Origin: Spirochaetia bacterium
GTDB lineage: Bacteria > Spirochaetota > Spirochaetia > SZUA-6 > Bin103
Length of the DNA: 64,000 bases
Direction of reading: 5' to 3'
Assembly: GCA_965203515.1 (NCBI GenBank)
Contig: OZ241907.1
Location: 3,904,001-3,968,000, forward strand
The position numbers were made by a program, and so were the translations under genes. Each line of letters starts with the position of its first letter. Position 1 is the stretch's first letter. The notes under the pieces are model-generated. The model worked only from the letters and a program-made list of their open reading frames with translations. It searched no databases and had not been told where the DNA came from. Positions 13,235-22,430 of the stretch are shown in pieces.

Positions 13235-14515
13235 GTGGCAAAGAACGCCCCGTCCGCCGCGGCCAGGGCCGCGCAGAAGCCGGCAGCGCCGGCCGAGCCG
13301 TTCCGCAGCGGCGCCGTCCCGCTCATCGGCATCGCGCTGGCGCTGGCGGGCGTCGTGCTCAGCTACGTCCTGACGCGCAACTTCTTTCAACACAACGTCC
13401 TGGGCGAGGCGTCCGGATGCGCCGTGAACGCCTACGTGGACTGCGACCGGGTCAGTCAGTCGTCGTTCGCGGCCGTCGGACCGGTGCCGATCTCCACCTT
13501 CGGGCTGGGGATGCACGGCGCGGTGCTGGCGGCGCTGGCCGTCGTGCAGGTCGGCCGCGCCCGCGCGCGCGTCCGCGAAGGGCTGGCCGGCGGCAGCGCG
13601 GCGCTGGCGCTGGCCGCCACCGTGGTGTCGGTCGCGCTGGCGGTGATCTCGGTCTTCGTCATCAGGGCGCTCTGTCTCTACTGCACCGCTCTGCAGATCG
13701 TGAACCTTGCGCTGGCCGGCACGCTGGTGTTCGGGCTGGCCGGCGGCGCCGGCCGGCTGCGGCAGGCGCTGCGGTCGATCGCCGGGCCGGCGCTGGGCGC
13801 CGGCGTGCTGGCTGTCGGCATCGGCGCAGGCGTGGCCGTCGTGGCCACCTTCGTCTTGGCGAATGCCGCCGACCGGCAGCTCCTGGAACGGCAGATCTCG
13901 CAGGCGCGCGCGTCGCAGCGTCTGGCCGACCGCTACCTGGGGTTCGACCGTCACCAGTTCGATCTGACCGGCAGCCCGCAGCTCGGCGATCCCGACGCGC
14001 CCATCACGCTGGTGGTCTTCGCCGACTACAACTGCCCGCACTGCCGCAACTTCGATCCGAAGATCGCGGAGATCGCGCGCGGCGACGACGACGTGCGGCT
14101 GGTGTACAAGTTCTTCCCGCTCGACGGCACCTGCAACCGGTCGATACCGCGCGACCGCCGCTCCACCTCCTGTGCCGCCGCGGCGGCCGCCTACGCGGCG
14201 CACCTGGAAGGGAAGTTCTGGGAGTACAACGAGACGCTGTTCGCCAACTTTCAGCGGTACGGGCCGAATCGGCTGGTCGAGTACGCCGGGCGGGTTGGCC
14301 TGAGCGACCCGGAACGCGTGCGCGCCGCGTTGGACGACCGGGTGGTGCGGTCCAAGATCGAAGCCGACATCTCCGAGGCGCTCGCCGCCGGCCTCCGGGC
14401 GACGCCGACGATGTACGTCAACGGCCGGCAATTCATCACCTCCCGCGTGCCGCCCAACCGCGACCAGTTCTCGATCATCCGCTCGCTGATCGCCGAAGAA
14501 GCGAGCGGCGGCTGA
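13235..14515 (+). CDS. Vitamin K epoxide reductase (VKOR) domain fused to a DsbA-like thioredoxin domain
   Basis: TM segments with C..C loop pair (GCAVNAYVDCDRV) and CLYC; C-terminal FADYNCPHC and ATPT; GAGGAG RBS before GTG 13235. Confidence 0.85.
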   Translation: MAKNAPSAAARAAQKPAAPAEPFRSGAVPLIGIALALAGVVLSYVLTRNFFQHNVLGEASGCAVNAYVDCDRVSQSSFAAVGPVPISTFGLGMHGAVLAALAVVQVGRARARVREGLAGGSAALALAATVVSVALAVISVFVIRALCLYCTALQIVNLALAGTLVFGLAGGAGRLRQALRSIAGPALGAGVLAVGIGAGVAVVATFVLANAADRQLLERQISQARASQRLADRYLGFDRHQFDLTGSPQLGDPDAPITLVVFADYNCPHCRNFDPKIAEIARGDDDVRLVYKFFPLDGTCNRSIPRDRRSTSCAAAAAAYAAHLEGKFWEYNETLFANFQRYGPNRLVEYAGRVGLSDPERVRAALDDRVVRSKIEADISEALAAGLRATPTMYVNGRQFITSRVPPNRDQFSIIRSLIAEEASGG

Positions 14516-14516
14516 G

Positions 14517-15641
<1,125 letters not shown>

Positions 15642-15671
15642 CTATCTCAAAGCGTACCCGTCCCGCCTCGA

Positions 15672-16106
15672 TCAGGAGATGACGATCTGGACCCGGTGTC
15701 CGGACTCCTCGTCCTTGTAGTCGAGGACGTCGCACGGCTCGCCCGCTCGCAACGCCTCCCGAATGCGGTTGATATCGACGCCGTGCTCGCCCAGCACCGC
15801 CGCCGCCGGCAGGTCGAACAGCGGAAGCGCGAACCGGGCCAGTTGCAGCGGCAGGACCAGCGTCACCAGGTGGCCGTCTGCGGTGGCAAGCGCGATGCGC
15901 ACCTGCAGTTCATCGGACGCCGCGGCGGCCTGCTCCGCCGGCGGCGCCGCCACGCGGCGGGGCGTCTCCTCATCGCCTCCCAGGGCGGACAGCAGCCGCG
16001 CCCCCTCGTCAGCCGTGATCGTGCCCTGATCCACCATGCGCAGCACCTGCTGCCGCTCTTCGCTGAACATGCGCAGCAAGTGTTGCCGCTCTTCGCTCGA
16101 AGCCAT
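15672..16106 (-). CDS. Hypothetical protein with N-terminal SHOCT-like motif
   Basis: SEERQQVLRMVDQGTITADEGARLLSAL; first 11 residues duplicated; purine-rich RBS upstream. Confidence 0.7.
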   Translation of the reverse strand: MASSEERQHLLRMFSEERQQVLRMVDQGTITADEGARLLSALGGDEETPRRVAAPPAEQAAAASDELQVRIALATADGHLVTLVLPLQLARFALPLFDLPAAAVLGEHGVDINRIREALRAGEPCDVLDYKDEESGHRVQIVIS

Positions 16107-16229
16107 CGTCCACCCCCCTGCCGCACAGTGTAGCGCGGATGCGCCGGCTCGCCAAACCGGGTTTGCCGCCGCTCCTTGACCGGTGGTTCGATCGCGGTTC
16201 AGAGTATCGTGGGGTCAAGGTTCCGCGCC

Positions 16230-16718
16230 GTGGACTACACGTTCTGGGCTATCGCCGGCATCGTGCTGATCGGTGTCGAGTTCCTGCTCCCCGGGTTCGT
16301 CGTGTTCTTCTTCGGCGTCGGCGCGCTGGTGACGGCCCTGTTGACGGCGGTGTTTCCAGCGCTTCGAACCGATCTGGCGGCGCAGACGCTGATCTGGGCC
16401 GGCTCGTCGGGGCTGTCCCTGTTCGCGCTCCGCCGCTACCTGAAGCCGATCTTCGTTGGACTTCGGAACCGCGGCGGCGCCGAGGACCTGCATGGCAACT
16501 CCGCGGAGGTGGTCGAACCGATCGAGCCCGGACGGCCGGGCCGCGTGCGCGTCCACGGCACCACCTGGAAGGCGACGAGCCATGCCGACTCCTTCCTCGT
16601 CGGCGACATCGTCGACATCGTGCGCAACGACAGCCTGACCCTGGAGGTGACCCGGTCCGTCATGGAGGAGGTGGCGCGTCTGCAGGATCGATCTCAGCCG
16701 GACGCGGAGCGATCCTGA
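16230..16718 (+). CDS. NfeD-like membrane protein (short form)
   Basis: Hydrophobic N-terminus (EFLLPGFVVFFFGVGA) and C-terminal OB fold GRVRVHGTTWKA; precedes SPFH genes. Confidence 0.85.
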   Translation: MDYTFWAIAGIVLIGVEFLLPGFVVFFFGVGALVTALLTAVFPALRTDLAAQTLIWAGSSGLSLFALRRYLKPIFVGLRNRGGAEDLHGNSAEVVEPIEPGRPGRVRVHGTTWKATSHADSFLVGDIVDIVRNDSLTLEVTRSVMEEVARLQDRSQPDAERS

Positions 16719-16772
16719 TGGCGGGGCCATGCTTGATGGCCGGGCCATGCTGATGGCGGAGCCATTCTGATG
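16716..16772. repeat. Three imperfect 17-18 bp tandem repeats (tgatggcggggccatgc)
   Basis: Read directly between nfeD and the first SPFH gene. Confidence 0.8.
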
Positions 16773-17717
16773 ATAGAGATCATCCTGTCGGCCGCGGTCG
16801 CGGCGGTCACCGCGCTGTTGTTCAGGAACACCGTGCGCATCGTCCCGGAGCAGCAGGCGTTCATCGTGGAGCGGCTCGGCAAGTATGACCGGACGCTGGG
16901 TGCGGGGTTTCATCTGCTGATCCCGTTTGTCGAGCGCATCGCCTACCGGCAGTCACTCAAGGAGGAGGCGATGCACGTGCAGCCTCAGACCTGCGTGACC
17001 GCCGACAACGTGCAGCTCAACGTCGATGGCATCCTGTACCTGCGGGTCGTCGATCCGGAGAAGGCCAGCTACGGCATCGACGACTACCGCTATGCCTCCA
17101 CGCAGCTTGCCCAGACCACCATGCGTTCCGAGATGGGCCGTATCGATCTCGATCGCAGCTTCTCCGAGCGAGATGAGATCAACGACGCGATCGTGCGCGC
17201 GGTCGACGAGGCGTCCGATCCCTGGGGGATCAAGGTGACCCGCTACGAGGTGCGCGACATCTCGCCGCCGGATTCGGTCCTGCAGGCCATGGAACAGCAG
17301 ATGCGCGCCGAGCGTGAGAAGCGCGCGGCGGTCCTCCAGAGCGAGGGCGAGAGGGCAGCCCGCATCAACGTCTCCAAGGGCCAAAGGGAGGAGGCGATCA
17401 ACCTGTCGAAAGGCGAACGGCAGCGTCGCATAAACGAGGCTGCAGGCCGCGCCCGCGCCATCGAGGCTACCGCTACGGCGACGGCCGACGGCATCCGTCA
17501 GGTGGCGCAGGCGATCCGGCAGCGTGGCGGCGATACCGCCTTCGCGCTCCGCATCGCGGATCAGTACGTGGCGCAGTTCGGTCGCATTCTGGAGGGCGCC
17601 AACGTCTCCGTCATGCCGCTCGAAGTCGCTCAGATGCGCTCGATCCTGCAGACCGTTCTTGGCCGCTCCCCCTCCACCGGCGAGCCGCCGGCCGCCGCGG
17701 CGGACGGGGAATCCTGA
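16770..17717 (+). CDS. SPFH/band-7 stomatin-like protein
   Basis: IVERLGKY, LAQTTMRSEMG, AMEQQMRAEREKRA. Confidence 0.92.
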   Translation: MIEIILSAAVAAVTALLFRNTVRIVPEQQAFIVERLGKYDRTLGAGFHLLIPFVERIAYRQSLKEEAMHVQPQTCVTADNVQLNVDGILYLRVVDPEKASYGIDDYRYASTQLAQTTMRSEMGRIDLDRSFSERDEINDAIVRAVDEASDPWGIKVTRYEVRDISPPDSVLQAMEQQMRAEREKRAAVLQSEGERAARINVSKGQREEAINLSKGERQRRINEAAGRARAIEATATATADGIRQVAQAIRQRGGDTAFALRIADQYVAQFGRILEGANVSVMPLEVAQMRSILQTVLGRSPSTGEPPAAAADGES

Positions 17718-18631
17718 TGGACGTGCAGACCATCGTCGCGCTGTGCGCGGGCGGAATCGTGTTTCTCAGCCTGGTCCTGCACGTTCGCGTGGTGCCGGCG
17801 CGCCGCGCCCTGGTGGTCGAACGGCTGGGCAAGTACCGGCGCACGCTGGAAGCGGGCTTTCACGTGCTGATTCCGTACCTGGATCGGGTGCGCTACCGGC
17901 ACAGCCTCAAGGAGCAGGCGATCGACGTACCGCCACAGCCGTGCTTCACGCAAGACAACGTCAAGATCACGGTCGACGGCGTCCTCTACTTCCGCGTGAT
18001 CGACCCCAAGCGTGCCAGCTACGGCATCATCAACTACGAATACGCGACCATCCAGCTCGCACAGACCACGATGCGCTCGGTCATCGGCAAGCTGGAGCTG
18101 GACCGTACCTTCGAGGAACGCGACCGGATCAACGCCGCGATCGTGCAGGTGCTCGACGACGCCTCCGATCCCTGGGGCGTCAAGGTCACCCGCTACGAGA
18201 TCCAGAACGTCCAGCTTCCGTCGTCCGTGCAGCAGTCGATGGAGTATCAGATCAAGGCCGATCGACAGAAACGGGCCGTGATCGCGCGCAGCGTCGGGGA
18301 AATGGAGGCGCGCATCAACCACTCCGTCGGTGTGATGGAGGAGGCGATCAACCGTTCCGAGGGTGAAAAGGCGCGTCAGATCAATGAAGCCGAAGGCCGC
18401 GCGCAGGAGATCCTGGCGATCGCTGCCGCCACCGCTGCCGGTCTCAGCAGGATTGCCGAAGCGGTACGGGCGGAGGGCGGCCATGACGCCCTGGTCCTGC
18501 GGACCGCGGAGGAGTACATCGGCGCGCTGGAAAAGCTGGCCGCCAAGAACCCGGAGGTGGTGCTGCCGGTCGACCTCACCGACATCAGGTCGATCACGCA
18601 GATAGTCAGGAAGGCGCTGAAGCCCGACTGA
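17717..18631 (+). CDS. SPFH/band-7 stomatin-like protein (paralogue)
   Basis: VVERLGKY, LAQTTMRSVIG, WGVKVTRYEI; TGATG coupling. Confidence 0.92.
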   Translation: MDVQTIVALCAGGIVFLSLVLHVRVVPARRALVVERLGKYRRTLEAGFHVLIPYLDRVRYRHSLKEQAIDVPPQPCFTQDNVKITVDGVLYFRVIDPKRASYGIINYEYATIQLAQTTMRSVIGKLELDRTFEERDRINAAIVQVLDDASDPWGVKVTRYEIQNVQLPSSVQQSMEYQIKADRQKRAVIARSVGEMEARINHSVGVMEEAINRSEGEKARQINEAEGRAQEILAIAAATAAGLSRIAEAVRAEGGHDALVLRTAEEYIGALEKLAAKNPEVVLPVDLTDIRSITQIVRKALKPD

Positions 18632-18786
18632 ACCGGGACTCCATGCGGCGACTCGGGCGCTTGGCTGAGTCACCGTATGGAATCTGCGCAGCCGTGCTAC
18701 ACTCGCCGCGGTGGCCGCCGCCCGCAGGAGGCTTGAACGGGCGTTCGGTCGAGCCGAGAAGAACAGAGAGAAGGCAGGTAAGCACC

Positions 18787-19671
18787 ATGGCTCCACGGTC
18801 TAGCTGGAAGGCGTTCCTCAAGCTCAGTCTGGTCTCCGTACCGGTGCGCGGGTTCACGGCGTCGAAGTCGGGCGGTGACATCCGGTTGAATCAGCTCCAC
18901 AAGGACTGCAACACGCGCGTCAAGTACCTGAAGGTCTGCCCGGAGCACGGCGAGTTGTCTTCCGGCCAGATCGTCAAGGGGTACGAGCACAGCAAGGGCG
19001 AGTACGTCATCATCGACGACGACGAACTGGAGAAGCTGCGCACGGAGAACGACCATTCGATCAGCATCGAGGGATTCATCCCGCCGGACGCGGTCGATCC
19101 GGTCTATCACGCGGGCCGCACCTACTACCTGGTCCCCGACGGTGCGCCGGGGCAGAAGCCGTACGCGCTGCTGCACCGCGGCATGCAGGAAAATCGGGTC
19201 CACGCTCTGGCGCACGTCGTGATCGGCGGTCGCGAGCAGATCGTCCTGCTGCGGCCGATCGGCGATCTCCTGGGACTCACGGTGCTGTACTACCACGCCA
19301 GGATGCAATCGGCGGAGTCGCTGGGTGACGAGGTCGGCGACGTCGAGGTCACCGACGAGGAGCTGACGCTGGCCAACACCCTGATCGGCGCCTCCCGCAT
19401 GGAAGACTTCGACCTCTCCTCCTACGAAGACCGGTACCACGCCAAGCTGACCGAGCTGATCCGCATGAAGGTCGAAGGCCAGGAGGTGGTGCAGGCCGAG
19501 GACGCGGAGGAGCCCAAGATCATCAACTTGATGGACGCTCTGAAGAAGAGCGTGGCCGAGGCGCAGAAGGCCGGTGCTGCCGCGGAGCCGGCGGCCGCCG
19601 AGCCATCGAGCAGGAAGATGGCGCCGAGCGCCCGTACGCGCCGGGCCGGGACCAGGAAGAAGGCGGTGTAG
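18787..19671 (+). CDS. ku: Ku protein (non-homologous end joining)
   Basis: MAPRSSWKAFLKLSLVSVPV, IVKGYE, YYLVPD, IINLMDALKKS, basic C-terminal tail. Confidence 0.93.
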   Translation: MAPRSSWKAFLKLSLVSVPVRGFTASKSGGDIRLNQLHKDCNTRVKYLKVCPEHGELSSGQIVKGYEHSKGEYVIIDDDELEKLRTENDHSISIEGFIPPDAVDPVYHAGRTYYLVPDGAPGQKPYALLHRGMQENRVHALAHVVIGGREQIVLLRPIGDLLGLTVLYYHARMQSAESLGDEVGDVEVTDEELTLANTLIGASRMEDFDLSSYEDRYHAKLTELIRMKVEGQEVVQAEDAEEPKIINLMDALKKSVAEAQKAGAAAEPAAAEPSSRKMAPSARTRRAGTRKKAV

Positions 19672-19675
19672 GGAG

Positions 19676-20572
19676 CTGTCGGATCTGCCGCGTCTCATCG
19701 CCCCGATGCTCGCCGCCGCCGGACGGCCGTTCGATTCGGCCGACCATCTGTTCGAGATCAAGTGGGACGGGTTTCGCACCATGGCGCACGTCGAGCATCG
19801 ATCGCTGCGGCTGGTCAGCCGCAGCGGGCGCGACGTGACCGCACAGTACCCGGAACTCGCGTCGCTGGCCGCGCTCCCGGACGGCAGCGTGGTCGACGGC
19901 GAGATCGTGTTCCTGCAGGACGGCGTTCCCGATTTCGAGTCGCTGCAGCCGCGCGATCAGGCGCGTGGCGCACGGCGCGCCGCGGCGCTGGCGGCGGAGC
20001 GCCCGGTGCGGTACATCGCCTTCGATCTGCTGTACCGGGACTTCACGTCACTCATCGACCAGCCGCTGAGCGCGCGCCGCGACCGGCTGCTGGAGCTCGA
20101 CGTCCCGGCGCCGATGGCGGTCTCGGAAGCGGTTCGCACCGAAGGGCGGAGCCTGTATGAGAGCGTCTGTTCCGCCGGGCTCGAAGGCATCATGGCAAAG
20201 CGTCTCGACAGCCGGTACCGGCCCGGCCGCCGCTCGGACGCGTGGATCAAGGTGAAGCGGCGGCTGCGCGCGCTGTGCGCGATCGTCGGCTTCATGCCCC
20301 AGGAGGGAGGCGACATTCAGAGCGTCGCGGTGGCGATCGACCGCGACGGGGTGCTCACCTACGCCGGCCGGGTCGGCACCGGTTACCGGGAGCAGGAGCG
20401 CCTGCGTCTGGCCCGACTGCTGCACGAGCGCGTCGCCGATCGGGCGCTGGTCGAGCTGCCGGCCGGCGCGGTCGGCGTGCGGCCCGGGCTCTATTGCGAG
20501 GTCAGCTTCATGGATCAGACGCGCGACGGCGTGCTGCGGGCGCCGGTGTTCGAGCGGCTGATCGAGCCGTAG
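19676..20572 (+). CDS. ligD: ATP-dependent DNA ligase, LigD-type ligase + OB domains only
   Basis: PMLA, FEIKWDGFR, VVDGEIV, AFDLL, EGIMAKR, WIKVK, GRVGTG, LRAPVF. No polymerase or phosphoesterase domain. Start uncertain (CTG 19676 or ATG 19706). Confidence 0.88.
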   Translation: MSDLPRLIAPMLAAAGRPFDSADHLFEIKWDGFRTMAHVEHRSLRLVSRSGRDVTAQYPELASLAALPDGSVVDGEIVFLQDGVPDFESLQPRDQARGARRAAALAAERPVRYIAFDLLYRDFTSLIDQPLSARRDRLLELDVPAPMAVSEAVRTEGRSLYESVCSAGLEGIMAKRLDSRYRPGRRSDAWIKVKRRLRALCAIVGFMPQEGGDIQSVAVAIDRDGVLTYAGRVGTGYREQERLRLARLLHERVADRALVELPAGAVGVRPGLYCEVSFMDQTRDGVLRAPVFERLIEP

Positions 20573-20574
20573 CC

Positions 20575-21534
20575 ATGGCCGAGGCGGTCGTGTCGCTGTT
20601 CAGCACCGAGCAGGTAGCGCGGATACTCGAAGTCTCGCCGGCCGAGGTCCGGCGCTGGGTGCGCAGCGGGCTGCTGCGGCCGGCACGGATCGATCGATCG
20701 GTCCGCTTCGATTTCAGGGACGTCGCCGCATCGCGCGCGGTAGCGGCGCTGACCCGTGCCGGCGTCACGCCGCGGCGCATCAAGCGCTCGCTGCGCCAGA
20801 TCGGTGAGTGGCTGCCGGACGCGCCCGACCTGCTCAACCGCCTGGAGGCCGGCGCTGCCGGCCGCGGCCTGCGGGTCCGGCTGCGCTCCGGCCAGGCGGC
20901 CGACCCGTCCGGTCAATTGCTGCTGGACCTGGCCGACGAGCTGGGCCGCGCCCGGCCGGTCGAGGAGAGGATCGTGGCGCTCCGCCCGGAGGCGGGGAGT
21001 GCGGCGGCGGGGAGCGCGGCGGCGGGGAATGCGGCGGCGCCGGACACGGGCGGCGCCGAGGCGTGGTTCGAGGCCGGCATGCATGCCGAGGAGGCCGGCG
21101 AGTACGAGCAGGCGGTCGATGCGTACGAGCGGGCGGTAGCGCGGGGCGCCGCCTCCGCGGAGGTCGACTTCAACCTGGGCAACGCGCTGTACGCGCTCGG
21201 CCGCGCCGCCGATGCCGCTGCCAGCTATCTCCGCGCCGTCGATCGGGAGCCCGGCTACGTCGAGGCGTGGAACAACCTGGGGAACGCGCTGATCGACACC
21301 GGCCGCGCGGGCGAAGCGATCGACGCCTACCGCCGTGCGCTCGCGCTGGACCCGCACTACGCCGACGCGCACGGCAATCTGGCCGAGGCGTTCGCGCAAC
21401 TTGGCCGGGCAGAGGAGGCGCGGCGGCATCGGCAGGCGTACCTGCGCGGGGCCTCGCACGGCGGTTGGGCCGAGCAATTACGCCGGGAGCTGCTCGCGCT
21501 GCAGAAGTCGCCCAAGCCGGACCCCTCCTCCTGA
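20575..21534 (+). CDS. MerR-like HTH + tetratricopeptide repeat protein
   Basis: FSTEQVARILEVSPAEVRRWVRSGLLRP...RFDFRDV, then SGQLLLD and TPRs (FNLGNALYALG, AWNNLG, YADAHGNLA); 2 bp after the ligase stop. Confidence 0.85.
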   Translation: MAEAVVSLFSTEQVARILEVSPAEVRRWVRSGLLRPARIDRSVRFDFRDVAASRAVAALTRAGVTPRRIKRSLRQIGEWLPDAPDLLNRLEAGAAGRGLRVRLRSGQAADPSGQLLLDLADELGRARPVEERIVALRPEAGSAAAGSAAAGNAAAPDTGGAEAWFEAGMHAEEAGEYEQAVDAYERAVARGAASAEVDFNLGNALYALGRAADAAASYLRAVDREPGYVEAWNNLGNALIDTGRAGEAIDAYRRALALDPHYADAHGNLAEAFAQLGRAEEARRHRQAYLRGASHGGWAEQLRRELLALQKSPKPDPSS

Positions 21535-21557
21535 CGCGGCGACCGACCGATCTAGCC

Positions 21558-22430
21558 GTGAAGCGCCGACGAGGGCTGCTGGTCACCGATCTGGACGGCA
21601 CGTTGCTGGGCGCCGACCGGCGGCTGCGCGAGTGCGACCGCGCGGCGCTGAGCCGGCTGGGCCGCGACGGCTGGCGCCGCGCGATCGCCACGGGGCGGAG
21701 TCTGCATTCGTTCGGTCTGGTCGCCGCAGAGCGGTTCCCGGTCGATTACGTGGTCTTCTCATCGGGCGCCGGCATCCATGACGTCCGCGACCGCCGCCTG
21801 CTCCGCGCCCATACGCTCACCGGCAGCCAGACCGCCTTGGCGGCGCGGGTGCTGCACGCCCTGGACCTCGACTACATGGTGCACCGGCCGATCCCCGACA
21901 ACCACCGCTTTCAGTACCGGCGCAGCGGGCGTCCGAACCCGGACTTCGACGTGCGGATCGACCGCTACCGCGCGTTCGCGGCGCCGCTTGCCGGCGAGCC
22001 GGGTCCGAGCGCGCAGTTGCTGGCGGTCGTGCCGGTCGATCGCCCGGAGCCGTCCAGCGATGCGGTGGCCGACCTGCTGCCGGACCTCACCGTGATCCGC
22101 ACCACCTCGCCGCTCGACCATCGCTCGACCTGGATCGAGATATTCCCGCGCGAGGTCTCCAAGAGCCAGGCGGCGGCGTGGTTGGCCGCACGCCACGGCA
22201 TCCGGCGCGGCCAAGTCTGCGCGATCGGCAACGATTACAACGACGGCGACCTGTTGGCGTGGGCCGGCTCCAGCTACGTGGTCGCCAACGCGGCGCCGGA
22301 ACTGCGCGCGCGCTACGACGTGGTCGCCGCCGCCGGCCGTTGCGGCGTCGCCGAGGCGATCGGTCGCTGGCGGTCGTCCGGGCGGCGCAACGGCCGGCTC
22401 ACAGCGAGACGCCGGCCGTGCCGCGCGTGA
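21558..22430 (+). CDS. HAD-superfamily (Cof-like, subfamily IIB) hydrolase
   Basis: TDLDGTLL, ATGRS, SK, IGNDYND. Confidence 0.88.
   Translation: MKRRRGLLVTDLDGTLLGADRRLRECDRAALSRLGRDGWRRAIATGRSLHSFGLVAAERFPVDYVVFSSGAGIHDVRDRRLLRAHTLTGSQTALAARVLHALDLDYMVHRPIPDNHRFQYRRSGRPNPDFDVRIDRYRAFAAPLAGEPGPSAQLLAVVPVDRPEPSSDAVADLLPDLTVIRTTSPLDHRSTWIEIFPREVSKSQAAAWLAARHGIRRGQVCAIGNDYNDGDLLAWAGSSYVVANAAPELRARYDVVAAAGRCGVAEAIGRWRSSGRRNGRLTARRRPCRA

Noticed and set aside
13892..13899. Avoidance of AGATCT/RGATCY as evidence for the endonuclease specificity
   Set aside because: AGATCT occurs here and elsewhere (about 30359, 53808); frequent GATC/CGATCG is explainable by codon usage without a computed expectation.
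13235..14515. VKOR-thioredoxin/DsbA fusion as novel
   Set aside because: Known architecture for disulfide bond formation.
16230..18631. NfeD + two SPFH genes as a novel system
   Set aside because: Well-known conserved operon type.
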